From: Cyanophora paradoxa CCMP329
Lineage: Eukaryota > Plantae > Glaucophyta
Reading direction: 5' to 3'
Length of the DNA: 64,000 nt
Assembly: GCA_004431415.1 (NCBI GenBank)
Contig: QPMI01000610.1
Location: 248,001-312,000 of the forward strand
Both the position numbers and the translations under genes were made by a program. Shown piece by piece: positions 24,107 through 35,293 of the stretch (position 1 is the stretch's first letter; each line of letters starts with the position of its first letter). The notes under the pieces are model-generated. The model was not told where the DNA came from. It was given only the letters and a program-made list of their open reading frames with translations, and did not search any database.

Positions 24107-27100
24107 ATGTCGTTCGCCGCGCACCTCGATGTCGACCTCTACGACCAGAGCACAGAGGAGCTGCAGGCGAGGCTGCGCGAGCTCGAGATCCAGCGCTCCG
24201 CCGGACCCGGCTGGAACGCGTGCGCATGCCTCCCGCCTTAGCTAAGCGCCAGAGGCCGCATGTGCGTGTGCCGTGGGCGCCCTGCTAACGCCGGGGACGC
24301 TCGGGGCAGGTCGCTGGAGAAGCTGCGGCAGCTGATCATCGTGGAGCTGGAGGAGCGGCGGACGGGGGAGGACATCATTTTCGCTCTCGCGAGCACGTAC
24401 TCTACGCCGGCCGCCGTCCCGCTCATCGCCCAGCCCAGCGCCGCGGCCGCCGCCTTCAGCTTCCTCCCGCCCATCCCCGCCGCCTCGTCCGCGCGCTCCG
24501 CCTCGTCGGCCTCCGTGGAGCCGCCCCCGCCGCCGCAGCCGCAGGAGGAGCTGCGCCTGCCGCCCGTGCCGGGCGCGGCGGCGGCCGCGGCGGCGGCGCC
24601 GGAGCTCCCCGCGTACCGCGCCCCGACGGAGGACGACATCGACCGCATCCTCGCGCGCATGCAGAAGAAGGGGAAGAAGAAGGGGGCGGCGCCGCGCGCC
24701 AAGAAGAAGAAGGCCAAGAAGAAGGAGGAGGGGAGCGGGAGCGACTCCTCCTCGGGGGCCGAAGCCCCGCCGCCCCGCGCCGGCCCCGCCCACGCCGCCC
24801 CAGACGACCGCGCCTTCAGCGCCGCCACTTCTGCCGCCGCCGCCGCCACGCCCAAGCCCAAGGCTCCCGCCGCCGTCCCCGCCGCCCCCGGCCCGCCCCG
24901 GCGGCGCCCGCCCGGCCGCCCCGGCCGCCCGGCCGCCCCGGCCAAGCCGGTCGCCGCCCCGCCCCCGCCCCGCCACATCTGCTCCGGCTCTGGGCGCCGC
25001 GGCTGGACCCTCTTCCGCCGCTCCTGCAGGCAAGCCAGCTCCCGCCGCCGCCCCGCCAAGCCGGCGCCCGCCACCCTGCCGCCCTGCGCCGGCTGCTGCC
25101 GCACCCTCGCCTGCCCCGACCGCGCATCGTCTGCCTCGCCCCGTGGAGCCCCCCCGCGGCCCTCCCCGATCAGGCGCCTCGCGGGGGCCGAGGGGGCCCC
25201 TGCCCCGCAAGCCGTCCAGGGCCCTGCTCCCGAAGCTCCACCCCCAGGTCCCCCGCGGGGCCCGCGACGAGTTCCCCCGCCCTCCCTCGTCGGCCCCGGC
25301 GCCCGAGCCGGCGCCACCCCGCCTTGCGCCCCCCCGCCCTGCCCGCCCCGCGCCCCGCCTCCGCCTCCGCCCCTCCCTCCAATGCATCTCCGCCCGCCGA
25401 GCCCCCTCGGGCTGCCGCCCCCGTCCCGAAGCAGCTCGCTGCGCCCACCGCGCCTGCGCCCCTTCGGAGTCCTCCGCCGGCCCTCCTCCGACCCCTCCTC
25501 CCGCCCGCCCTCCGCCGCCGCAGCCAAGGCAGCTACACCACCGGCCGTGCCGGCCGAAGCCCGGCGCGCCTCGGCCCCCGCGGTGCCGGTGCCGCCGCTG
25601 CCGCCGGCGCCGGCTCCGCCGCCGGAGGAGGAGGGCCCGCCCTCGAGCGGGCGGGCGGCCATCGCGGCGTGGGAGGCGGTGCGCGCCGCGCAGGCCGCAC
25701 AGCCGGCCGCCGCCGCCGCCCGCGCATCGCCGTACCCGTCGTCGCGGCCCTCCCCCGCAGCACTCCGGTGGCGTCTCCGACTCCGAGGAGGAGGACGGCG
25801 ACGCACCCCCTCGGCCGCCCCCGCCGCGCCCAAGGCATCCGCTCTCCCGACCGCCACCGCCGCCGCCGCCGCACCGGCAGCGAAGGCCCCCCGCTCTGGC
25901 GCCACCGCGGCAGCCGCACGCACCCCCGACCCCCTCGACGACCTCTTCTCGCCCCTCGTCTCCGCCCCTGCAAAGGTGCGCGCGCCCCGCCGCCTCGCTT
26001 CTTCGCCCGAGCGGGGCCTCACGGCGGCGCGGCGCGCAGAGGGCGCCCCCCGCCGCGCCCCTCCCGACCCGCTTGACGACCTCTTCTCGCCCTTGTGTCC
26101 TCCAAGCCGCCCGCCGCCGCCCCCGCGCACCCTCCCGCGCCCGCGCCCCGCCCCCGCCTCCGCCCGAGGAGGACGAGGAGGTGGCGCAGTTCGTGGGCCC
26201 TCCACCCGCCCGGGGCCGGCCCCCGCGGTGTCGGCGGCGCCCCGGCCCCGCGCCCGCCCTCCGCCTCCCGCTCCGCCCCCTCCCGCGCCCCGAGTCGGCC
26301 CCCGCCGCCTCCAAGGAGTGAGCGAGTCGGCGCCACCCCACGCCCCTCGCCTCCCTCTGACGCGCCCCCAGGCGCCGCGCGGCGTCGCCGGCCGGCTCGG
26401 GCTCGGGCACGCCGCCGCTGCCGGCCGTGCCGGAGGATGGCGCGGTCGTCACGCCGCCGCCCGGCCCGCCGCCCTCCGCTGATCGCGACGGCCCCTCCGA
26501 CGACGACGACGAGCCGGCCGCCCCCGCCCCCGCCGCCCCCGCCGCCCCGCCCGCCCCGCGGCCCCGCAAGGCCCGCCCGCCCCGCGCCCCGCCCGCCAGC
26601 CCGTGCCCCCCGCCCCGTCGACTACACCCCCTACTATAAGGGCATCCACTCGGTCCGCGGAAAACCCGGCGTACCCCCGGGTGCCGCTCTGCTTACACGT
26701 ACCCCCGCCCCCCCGCAGATCTTCACGTGCTTCGCGGAGCGAGGGGATGCCCCCGAGACTCCGGACCTGCTCCAGGCCATGCAGGCCAGCCGCGCTCTGC
26801 CAGCTAGCGTACCCCCGCCCCGCACTCCCTCACGTACCCCCGCAGGAGCACCTGGAGCGGTGCGAGGCGGTGATCCCCGGGGTGCTCGCCTCGGAGAGCG
26901 CCCCGGACGGCCTCGTCTACCGCGTCGTCCAGAATAGGGAGGAAGTGTGCGTGCACTTTGGCGTACCCCTCCCGCCTTCCCTCCCCCGCCCCGCGTCACG
27001 TACCCTTCTCCGGCAGGTACGACATCGTGACGCGGGTGATGGACGACATGCCCGAGTGGGGCGAGCTGCACCCCGCCGCGCAGGCCCGGCCCGGCCCTCC

Positions 27101-28876
27101 CCGGCCCTCCCGGCCCCCCGCTTCCCTCCTCCTCACTCGCTCCTCCGGGGCGCAGGCGAACGGGTGGAACCTGCTGTGGACGTGGAGCCGCCCCCGCGTG
27201 AACGTCGCCGAGCTCCTCGTCTGGCAGAAGGCGCGCCCCCCCTCTGCAGGGCGCCGCGACCGAGGTCGAGCGGGAGGGAGGGGAGGGGCGGCCGCACGGG
27301 CCGTTGATAGATCGCCCGCCCGGCGGGGTCCTCCTGCTTGCCGATGCCACGGCGTCTCACCGCCGCCGGCGCGGCCCGACGCCGGCGCAGGTGAACCACT
27401 TCCCGCAGGCGAAGCAGCTGACCCGCAAGGTCCGCCCCGCCCCGCCCCGCGCGGCGAGCGAGGCCTGGGGTGACGCTGGGGCGGGGGTACAGGACCTGCT
27501 GAAGCGGAACGTGGGGCGCTACAAGAGCATCCCGGGCAAGGCGCGCCGCCCCCGGGGGCCCTCCCCTCCCCGCCCCGAGCCCCCAGCGCCGACCGGCCCG
27601 CCGGCGCGCAGATCGGGGAGGAGTTCGACATCGCGCCCGTCACTTTCAACCTGCCCCAGGCCCGCCCGCCCGCCCGCCCGCGGCCCCTCCGGAGCCCAGC
27701 TGAGGCGGGGCGGGCGCAGGAGTACGCGACCTTCGTCGACGAGTTCTCCAAGGCGCGCCCGCGCGCCCCGCTCGAAGAGAGGGCTATCCTCCGCTGAGGG
27801 CGGGGCCGGGGGCAGCACGCGGCGGCCGAGGGCGAGCACAACTTCTGGATCATGAAGCCCATCGGGCTCTCCCGCGGCCGCGGTCCGCCTCCCTCCCGTC
27901 CCGCCCCTCGCGCCCGGCCGCCCTCCATCTCAGGCCTGCGCGCAGGGATCTTCCTGTTCAACAGCATGGGGCAGGTGGCCTACGGCGAGAGCGTCGTCGT
28001 CCAGGCCCGCCCCGCCCCGCCCCGTCCCGCCCGCCCCGGCCCTCTCTGACGCCCCCGCAGAAGTACGTCGCCCGGCCGCTGCTGCTCGACGGGCGCAAGT
28101 TCGACCTCCGCCTCTACGTCCTCGTCACCCAGGCGCCTTCTTGTTGCTCTTCCTGCTCGCTTCACCCGATAGTGCCATCTCACGCATATCTAATCTGCCA
28201 TAACACGCTATGGCTGTAGCTAAGGCTGCGCCACCCGGGCCCCCGCCGGCGCGCCCCTCCTCCGGGGGCGGCCTCTGAGGCGCCTCTTGGGGGATCAGAC
28301 GGGCCCGCTGGAGGCGTTTCTGTACCGCGAGGGCTTCGGCCGCCTCTCCACCCGCCCCTACTCCACCGACCCCAAGCGTCCGCAGCCCCTCCCCGCCCCC
28401 TCCTCCCTCCCCCGGCCGTCCCGTGACGCCCTCCCTCCGCGGGGCCGCGCGCGCGCAGAGATCGCGAACCGGTTCATCCACCTGACGAACAGCTCGATCC
28501 AGAAGCACAGCGCGCAGGGGGGCGTGCCGCACGACCCCGGCATCGAGGGGGGCACGAAGTGCAGCCTGGGGTACCTCCGCCAGCGCCTCGCCGCCGCCGG
28601 CGTCGACGTCGACCTCCTCTGGCAGCGCATCACCGACGCGCGCACCCGCCCCCGGCCCCCCGGCCCCCCGGCCCTCCATCGCACCCCGACACGCCCCCGC
28701 CCCGCAGGTCATCCTCCGCTCCCTCTACTCCGTCCAGGTGCGGCGCCGGTTTGCGCCTCAGGTGCGGGTCCCCCGGGCTCACCCCGCGGGGCGGCGCAGG
28801 AGGCGATGCAGGCGCCGGGGAACGCGAACTCGTTCGAGCTCTTCGGCTACGACGTCCTCATCGACGCCAACGCGCG

Positions 28877-28913
<37 letters not shown>

Positions 28914-29685
28914 CCCCGCGCCCCACACGCACCCCTTAGACTGCGGTTACTCGATGTAGAGGGCGTTCCGCATTATTTGGCCCTTGCCGCTCCATCTTTC
29001 CCTGGCCTACACGCCGCTAGCCATAGCGCTGCCCTCTCGCGTGCCCCTTCCTGAGGCCCGCGCAGCTGAAGCCCTGGCTCATCGAGGTCAACTCCTCCCC
29101 TTCCCTCGCCGTCGAGAACCCCCTCGACGAGCAGGTACCCCCTCCCGCTCCGACGCGCGCCCCGTACCCCCGCTCAAGCCCCTCCCCCAGGTGAAGGTGG
29201 CGCTTGTGCGTGACGTCGTGCGCCTCGTCGCGCCCATACGCTACGACCGCGCCGCTCTCCAGGCTCGCCCGCGTACCCCCACCCCGAACCCACTCCGCTC
29301 CCCTCTTCTCTGAAAGCCTCGCAGGAGGTGCTCCGGCGGCGCCTCGCCGACCGCACGCGACAGCGCCCGAGCACCGCTGCCACCAACCGCGCGCCGCGTC
29401 CCGCCCCGCCCCTCCTTTCTTTCTCTGGGATGATCCGTACCCGCGCAGAGCTCAATGGGGACCTCTTCGCTGTGCTGCGGGGGGCGGTGCCGCGGGGGTA
29501 CGGCCAGCCGCCGTCCGAGCCGGGGAACTTCGCCATGATCGCCCCGTCACCAGCCTACTCCGCCATCTGCGCCCGGTCCGCCCCAAGCCAGGGATTTGGA
29601 CACCCCTTTGACGCCGCACGCCTGTGGCCGCAGATTCAAGAAGCCCGCCCCAGGGCCTCCCCCGACCCGTGCGGGGCGCGGCTAG
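24107..29685 (+). CDS. Tubulin-tyrosine-ligase-like (TTLL) enzyme, probable polyglutamylase, with long Pro/Ala-rich N-terminus
   Basis: QK|VNHFP...LTRK|DLL; WIMKPIGLSRGR|GIFL; VVQ|KYVARPLLLDGRKFDLRLYVLVT; EGFGRLS; IHLTNSSIQK; FELFGYDVLID; KPWLIEVNSSPSL. Confidence 0.93.
28877..28912 (+). repeat. Intronic poly(C) tract (about 35 nt); shorter ones near 10072, 20587 and 21159
   Basis: Direct homopolymer runs. Confidence 0.9.
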
Positions 29686-29975
29686 CGCTAGCCCCCGTGC
29701 AACGCTGCACCATGCAAAACTTTATCGTTACGTGTGCGGTGTCGTGTCGATCTGCAATCGGCCGCGGCCGCGGGCCGGCTGAAGGTCTAGGCGCGGCCGC
29801 GGGACACTGCGCGCGCGCGGCGGGGCGCCGGCGGCTGGCGCGCAAGGGCCGAGTGCGGAGGCCTGCAGCGCCATTGGCCTCGGCGCCGCCGACTCGCGCG
29901 CGGCGGTGGCCAACAGGCAGGGGGATCAAGTTGGGGGGGAACGAGCCACGGTTCAGTTCGGTACCCCTGAAACAA

Positions 29976-31453
29976 ATGGCCGCGAACTACGGCAACTACG
30001 GCCCTTCCAGCGGCGCCGGCTATGGCCCGACCAGCGGGTACGGCCCGTCCAGCGGCTATGGCCCGTCCAGCACGGGTGCGTCCCCCGCCGCAGGCATTGG
30101 ACCTACTTCGAACCCCCGACAGGATATGCCGCGCCCTCGTCGTATTCGAACGCCCCGGCGTCGACGTACGGCAATTACGGCGGCAGCTACGCGGCGGGCG
30201 CTCCCTCCGCGGGCTACGCTCCCGCTTCGCCTTCCTACTCCTCGCGGCTGCCGGAGTCCAACCTGCCCGTGAAGAGCGATTGGACCTCGTGCTTCGCAGG
30301 CCTCGGGCTCAACAGTAAGCCCGCCGACGTCCGTCAACGCCCTTCACCTGCTTAACCGCTTTGTCCGTTTTCAGACCTTCTGGACTGCTGGTCTCCCCCG
30401 TCCCCGGTGCGAACGAAAACGCCCACTGCGATGCCTGAGAGCTTTGGAGCGAGCCCCGTACGCAGAAGCTCGGAGCGGCCGCCGCTCCGCGCTCGTCGGC
30501 AGTCTCCGCGTTCGGCGCGGCGGGGCCGGCCCCGACCGGACCCTTCGATCCCTTCTACGGGCGGACGCAGGAGAAGGCGTCGAACTACTACGCCGGCGAG
30601 GACTACACTCGCTACCAGGGTGCGTTTTTCGTTTCCCGCCGTCCATCTCTCCTCCGAGTTCTGTTCTTGCCCTCTTGACGGCGCATGCTCTTTCTTTTCT
30701 TCTCTCTGTTGAGTTTCAGCTTCTTGGTTTCCGCTCACTTGGCCCTGCAGGCTACCCGGGCACTGGCGCTGCGGGCGCTCGCCCCGCGGCCGGAGCGGTC
30801 CCGCCCACCCAGAGCTACACCAACCAGGTCCGTGCCGTGGCTATAGATGGGAACTGTGCCGGAACGACCGCCCTTACTCTGCCGCCAGCACAATGCCTTT
30901 GTGTACGATCGCGGCGTGCCGGCGCGCGACGCCACTTCGTACGGCACGAGCGACTACGTCCCGCCGAGCTACGCCGGCGCGTCTACCGGCTACACCGACT
31001 TCAGGTGCAGCGCGCGTCACGTCCGGCCTCGCCTCGGCTGTCCCCTCACCCGCTCCCGCCCCCGCTCCCGCTCCCGCCAGCCGCCCGCCGCCCCGCACCG
31101 CGACCGGGCCCTCGTCCTACGGCTACGCCGCCGGCGGCACCGCCTCCGACCGTTACTTCGACGCCCAGCGCGCTAGCAACTTCTACGACGCCTCCCAGGA
31201 CGCCTTCTTCCAGCGCCAGCAGGCGAACGCGGCGTCCAGCACCGGCGCGTACGGCGGCTACAGCGGCTACAGCGGCTACACGCCGTCCACGTCGGGCACC
31301 TCCGGCGGTGAGCGTGCACGCGCCTCCCCTCCCCGCCCGCCCCGCTCAAGGGCCCTCGCAGCGGCGGCGGTCAGCTCCGGCCAGCAGCGCTACTCGACCG
31401 GGGGCGCCACGGCCAACCCCGCCAACTCGGGGCTCTCCGCGTACCGCTACTAG
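29976..31453 (+). CDS. Gly/Ser/Tyr/Ala-rich low-complexity protein
   Basis: MAANYGNYGPSSGAGYGPTSGYGPSSGYGPSS...STYGNYGGSY...AYGGYSGYSGYTPS...GLSAYRY*; GT-AG introns between exons. Confidence 0.75.
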
Positions 31454-31946
31454 ACTGCGGCGCCCGCCCGAGGGCGAAGCGACGCCGTCGATTTGATAGT
31501 AATCTCTTTTCTGTTCGTTTTCTCAATGCTTTGTTTTCCACGGCCAGCGTCCCCTCTGCAAATGCTGCATGCGCAGACTGCGCTACTCAAAAAACAATTT
31601 ACAGAAATGGCGCACATTAGAGCGAACTAGTTAATTATAACATATAAAATCACGTGTCACGATCTATTGCAAAAATGGCGCACAATAAACTGCGTGAAGT
31701 TCGCGCGAAGAAAAACAAAAACCTCAAAAGTATAGAGCCATCGGATCAAATCACCTCAGTATTATGGAAATCGAAATTGGCTACATATGGGGAGGTGCGA
31801 AAGACGAATTCGAAGCTGTACAAGAGCAAAAAAGCTAGTGCAAATCATCAAACCAAATCAGAAGGGAAAAGAGTTCGGATCCGGGCAACGTGCTGCATGT
31901 CGACGTCGATATCGACCTAGATATATCGATATCTATCATTATTATG

Positions 31947-32538
31947 CTACTTATGCGCGGACTTCTTCGGGGTCACAACGAAGACCTCGCTCTGCACGTC
32001 CCCGTCCTCGCTCTCATGCACGCCGGCGCCAGCGTCGTGCTCGAGCACGAGCCCCGCGCCGGCGCCAAAGAGCATGGCCGTCCCAACGCTGGCGAAGGCC
32101 GGAAGGAAGCTGCGGGACAGAGCGTCGAGTGTGGGAGCTACGTCTTCCGGGTGCGTGTAGAAAATCGCGGCTCCTGCAGTGGCAATGCCGAGTGCCGCAG
32201 CTGTCGATCCAGCGATCGCTGGCGCGTACGTGCATCAGATGGAGTGTACATGCAATAAAAAACATTATCCCAGCACTAGACTAGCCGCTGGACGCCGGGA
32301 CGCCCCGCGTCACAAGAACCCGTTTCGCCTCGGAGGCCCAGACGCACCTGAAAGGCATCTCGACACGCCATTTGGGGACTGTTTTCTTGAAGCGACTGCG
32401 ACGTAGGGAAGGCAATCCGATGAGCAGCGTACTGCGGCATACGGGCGAAATCTGATCCGGAACCACACCTGGCTTCTCTGCAAACGACTTCTTCTCCTCC
32501 ACCGCCTGAGGTGGAAGGTGCTGGGCAATGTGCTGCAT
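31947..32538 (-). CDS. Small hypothetical protein, possibly membrane-associated
   Basis: First exon MQHIAQHLPPQAVEEKKSFAEKPG; last exon FLPAFASVGTAMLFGAGAGLVLEHD...EVFVVTPKKSAHK*; middle exons not resolved. Confidence 0.4.
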
Positions 32539-32661
32539 TTGCTTAGATCTGCTCCTCAGTGTAACTGCTCGTCACGCTGTAGGGGTGTACCCTGCCACAG
32601 AACGCCCCCGCCACCGAACCCAAAAACCAGCAGCAGAACCCGCCGCTCGCAGCACGCAGCC

Positions 32662-33758
32662 ATGTGTAAGGCCGATCGCATGATATCGCTCGCCGCGTGC
32701 GTCCTCCTGCCCCACTTTCATCCGAAACGCTAGCGCATCCAATGGAGAAGTTCAGAAAAGTGGAAGTTGCGCCATCTGTGCCGTGCTGAGGCGGTGCTTG
32801 TCGGGCCGGGCTGCGCAGGCTCCAGGCGCAGTTGTCGGAGATGCGTCAGGGACATGGCGCCGTCCTCGTCGCCGGAGGCAAGGTTCGTATGCCTGAAAAG
32901 CGCTAGGATTGTGTGGCCTGCATCTGCCATCGATGGGGGACACCGTCGCGCCGCCCGTCCACGAGGCCGGCCATTGCTGGCGGCTCAGTGCGGCTGAAAG
33001 CAGCGGCGGCGCCGGCGCAGGTGCTCGGGGTCGGGATGAACGAGAACCGGCACTCCCGCTCGGCGATGGCGGCCGGGATCTGCTCCATCCACGCCGAGGC
33101 GCGCCGTGTTTCTGTACGGGCTGTTCGTGAAGTTTGGGCTGAGGGTGGGAGCGCAGGTGAACGCCCTGTCGTGCTTTAAACCGGGGGTCACAATTGGGTC
33201 GTTCGCTGCGGAATATGCCTCCGGCGGTCAGCCCCGGCTCCGCGACGCAGCACCCACCTTTCCCTTGACGATTGGCGCAAGCAGACGCTGCCCAGACATC
33301 ACTATCTCTATGTCAGCTACAGGCGTAAATTGAAGAACTCTTGCCTTTACGTCGTACGGGTCCGGCCGGCCGCCGATGCCGCTCCGGGTGACTGCGCGCC
33401 CTGCTACGCGCTCTCGCGCCCCTGCGCGGACTGCCTCCGCGAGATGGCCGCGCGCGGCATACGGTGCGCCGCCGGCCGCGCCGCGCCGCGCCGCTGGCCG
33501 CCCCGCCGACGCGGGGGCAGCCGCGTGGTCTTCTCGACGGGGAGCGGCCTGCAGTGGGCCAGCGCAAAGGTCGCCGACCTCCTCCAGGACCCAAGCGTTC
33601 AGCCATCTCTCAGCACTGTAGCCTGCAGGTGGGCTCCGGCCCTGCGCGCCATCTTCGCTCGGGCCGTCTCACGATTGCGCAGAGATGAAAGGAATTCGAG
33701 GCGTCAGACCCGGGCTCGCCTTGCAAACGGCCCCCGTCCCAGCAAGCAGAAGGGCTGA
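32662..33758 (+). CDS. Zinc-dependent CMP/dCMP-deaminase-like protein, copy 1 (needs +1 frameshift or alternative donor)
   Basis: MCKADRMISLAA|LQAQLSEMRQGHGAVLVAGGK|VLGVGMNENR...CSIHAE|VNALSCF... then KLKNSCLYVVRV...LSRPCADCLREMAARGIR|RVVFSTG: HxE and PCxxC zinc ligands. Introns 32697-32818, 32883-33020, 33099-33156 (GC), 33227-33284. Confidence 0.85.
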
Positions 33759-34075
33759 CTCGCGGTGCTCACATATGCATGCTTTTCGCGCCTCGTTCGC
33801 TCACTGTCGCTGAGCGCCGCGCCCAGAGCCGGAACCGTACGACAAATTCAGCAATTACTGTAGACAGGAGTATTAGATATCGATCTTGCCAATGTTCTGG
33901 AATCCGAAACATAGGCTCGAATTCAATGATCTTGGAATCCGAATTACTCCACGCACGACCTCTGTTGCGCACCACCATGCACATGCCATGATGGCGACCG
34001 TGGCACAGTTCACGCCCATGCGCATGGGCAGTTATAAAATCTCTCATTTATTTAAGTTTCAAAACGTCGTCGGAT

Positions 34076-35168
34076 CTACGTTGCAGGAGGCTTAAGAAGC
34101 TCGGACCCGCCAGTCCTTCTGAGGCTCCGGGGCGGAATTCGATCTGTGGGGCCCCTCTTGGCAGGAGTCTTTAGCCTCATATCGGCCCTGCGGAAAAAGG
34201 CAAGTTGACATCCAGCACGATAGGGAAGCGACAAGGCACTGCGGCACCTGCAGAGAGCCGTCTGGTATGAAGAGCGGACGGACGGGTCCTGGAGGAGGTC
34301 GGCGACCTTTGCGCTGGCCCACTGCAGGCCGCTCCCCGTCGAGAAGACCACGCGGCTGCCCCCGCGTCGGCGGGGCGGCCAGCGGCGCGGCGCGGCGCGG
34401 CCGGCGGCGCACCGTATGCCGCGCGCGGCCATCTCGCGGAGGCAGTCCGCGCAGGGGCGCGAGAGCGCGTAACTCGGGCCCCCTGTGCCAGGCGGCTCCT
34501 GGCGGATCCGGACGACGTAGAGAGATGCGTTGCGCAGCTTACGCTTCGACTTGTTTGCCTGCCGAAGAGCACGGTGAGGCCAGCGCGAGACTGCCGGGGA
34601 GCGCGCTCGCACCTTTGAGCGCACATTGTTTGGATTCTTCGGAATCCAGTGTGAGGCCCGGTTCAAAGCACGACAGGGCGTTCACCTGCGCTCCCGCCCT
34701 CAGCCGTCCGAACATCGCGAACGGCCCGTAGAGAACACGGCGCGCCTCCGCGTGGATGGAGCAGACCCCGGCCGCCATCGCCGAGCGGGAGTAGCGGTCC
34801 TCGTTCATCCCGACACCAAGCACCTGCACCGCCGGTGCCGTCAGGCCTACAAATGGCCGGCCTCGCTGACGGGCGGCGCGACTGTGCCCGCCATCGATGG
34901 CAGATGCAGGCCACACAATCCTAGCACCGTTTAAGAATACGAACCTTGCCTCCGGCGACGAGGACGGCTCCATGGCTGTTGCGCATCTCCGACAACTGCG
35001 CCTGGAGCCTGCGCAGCCCGGCCCGACAAGACCGCGTCAGCATGGCACACTTGGAGGGCGCAACTTCCACTTTTCTGAACTTCTCCATTGGATGCGCTAG
35101 CGTTTCGGATGAAAGTGGGGTAGGAGGACGCACGCGGCGAGCGATATCATGCGATCGGCCTTACACAT
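34076..35168 (-). CDS. Zinc-dependent CMP/dCMP-deaminase-like protein, copy 2 (needs +1 frameshift or alternative donor)
   Basis: MCKADRMISLAA|LQAQLSEMRNSHGAVLVAGGK|VLGVGMNEDR...CSIHAE|VNALSCFEPG...CALK|GKQVEA* then in the +1 frame KLRNASLYVVRI...LSRPCADCLREMAARGIR|RVVFSTG. Confidence 0.85.
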
Positions 35169-35293
35169 GGCTGCGTGCTGCGAGCGGCGGGAACTGCTGC
35201 TGGTTTTTGGGTTCGGGTTGGGGGAGCGTTCTGTGGCAGGGTAGAGCCTCATCGTGAGGGTACAGGCGAAAGCGGGTAGCAAGCGAGGTCGAA

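Larger units (their letters stand above)
32588..35243. repeat. Inverted duplication, arms about 32588-33597 and 34275-35243
   Basis: Shared upstream sequence (TACCCTGCCACAGAACG...CCCAAAAACCAGCAGCAG), exons and introns in opposite orientation. Confidence 0.92.

Noticed and set aside
33175-33181. TTTAAAC as a -1 slippery heptamer in deaminase copy 1
   Set aside because: Wrong phase for -1 slippage from the HAE frame, the required shift is +1, and copy 2 has TTTGAAC.
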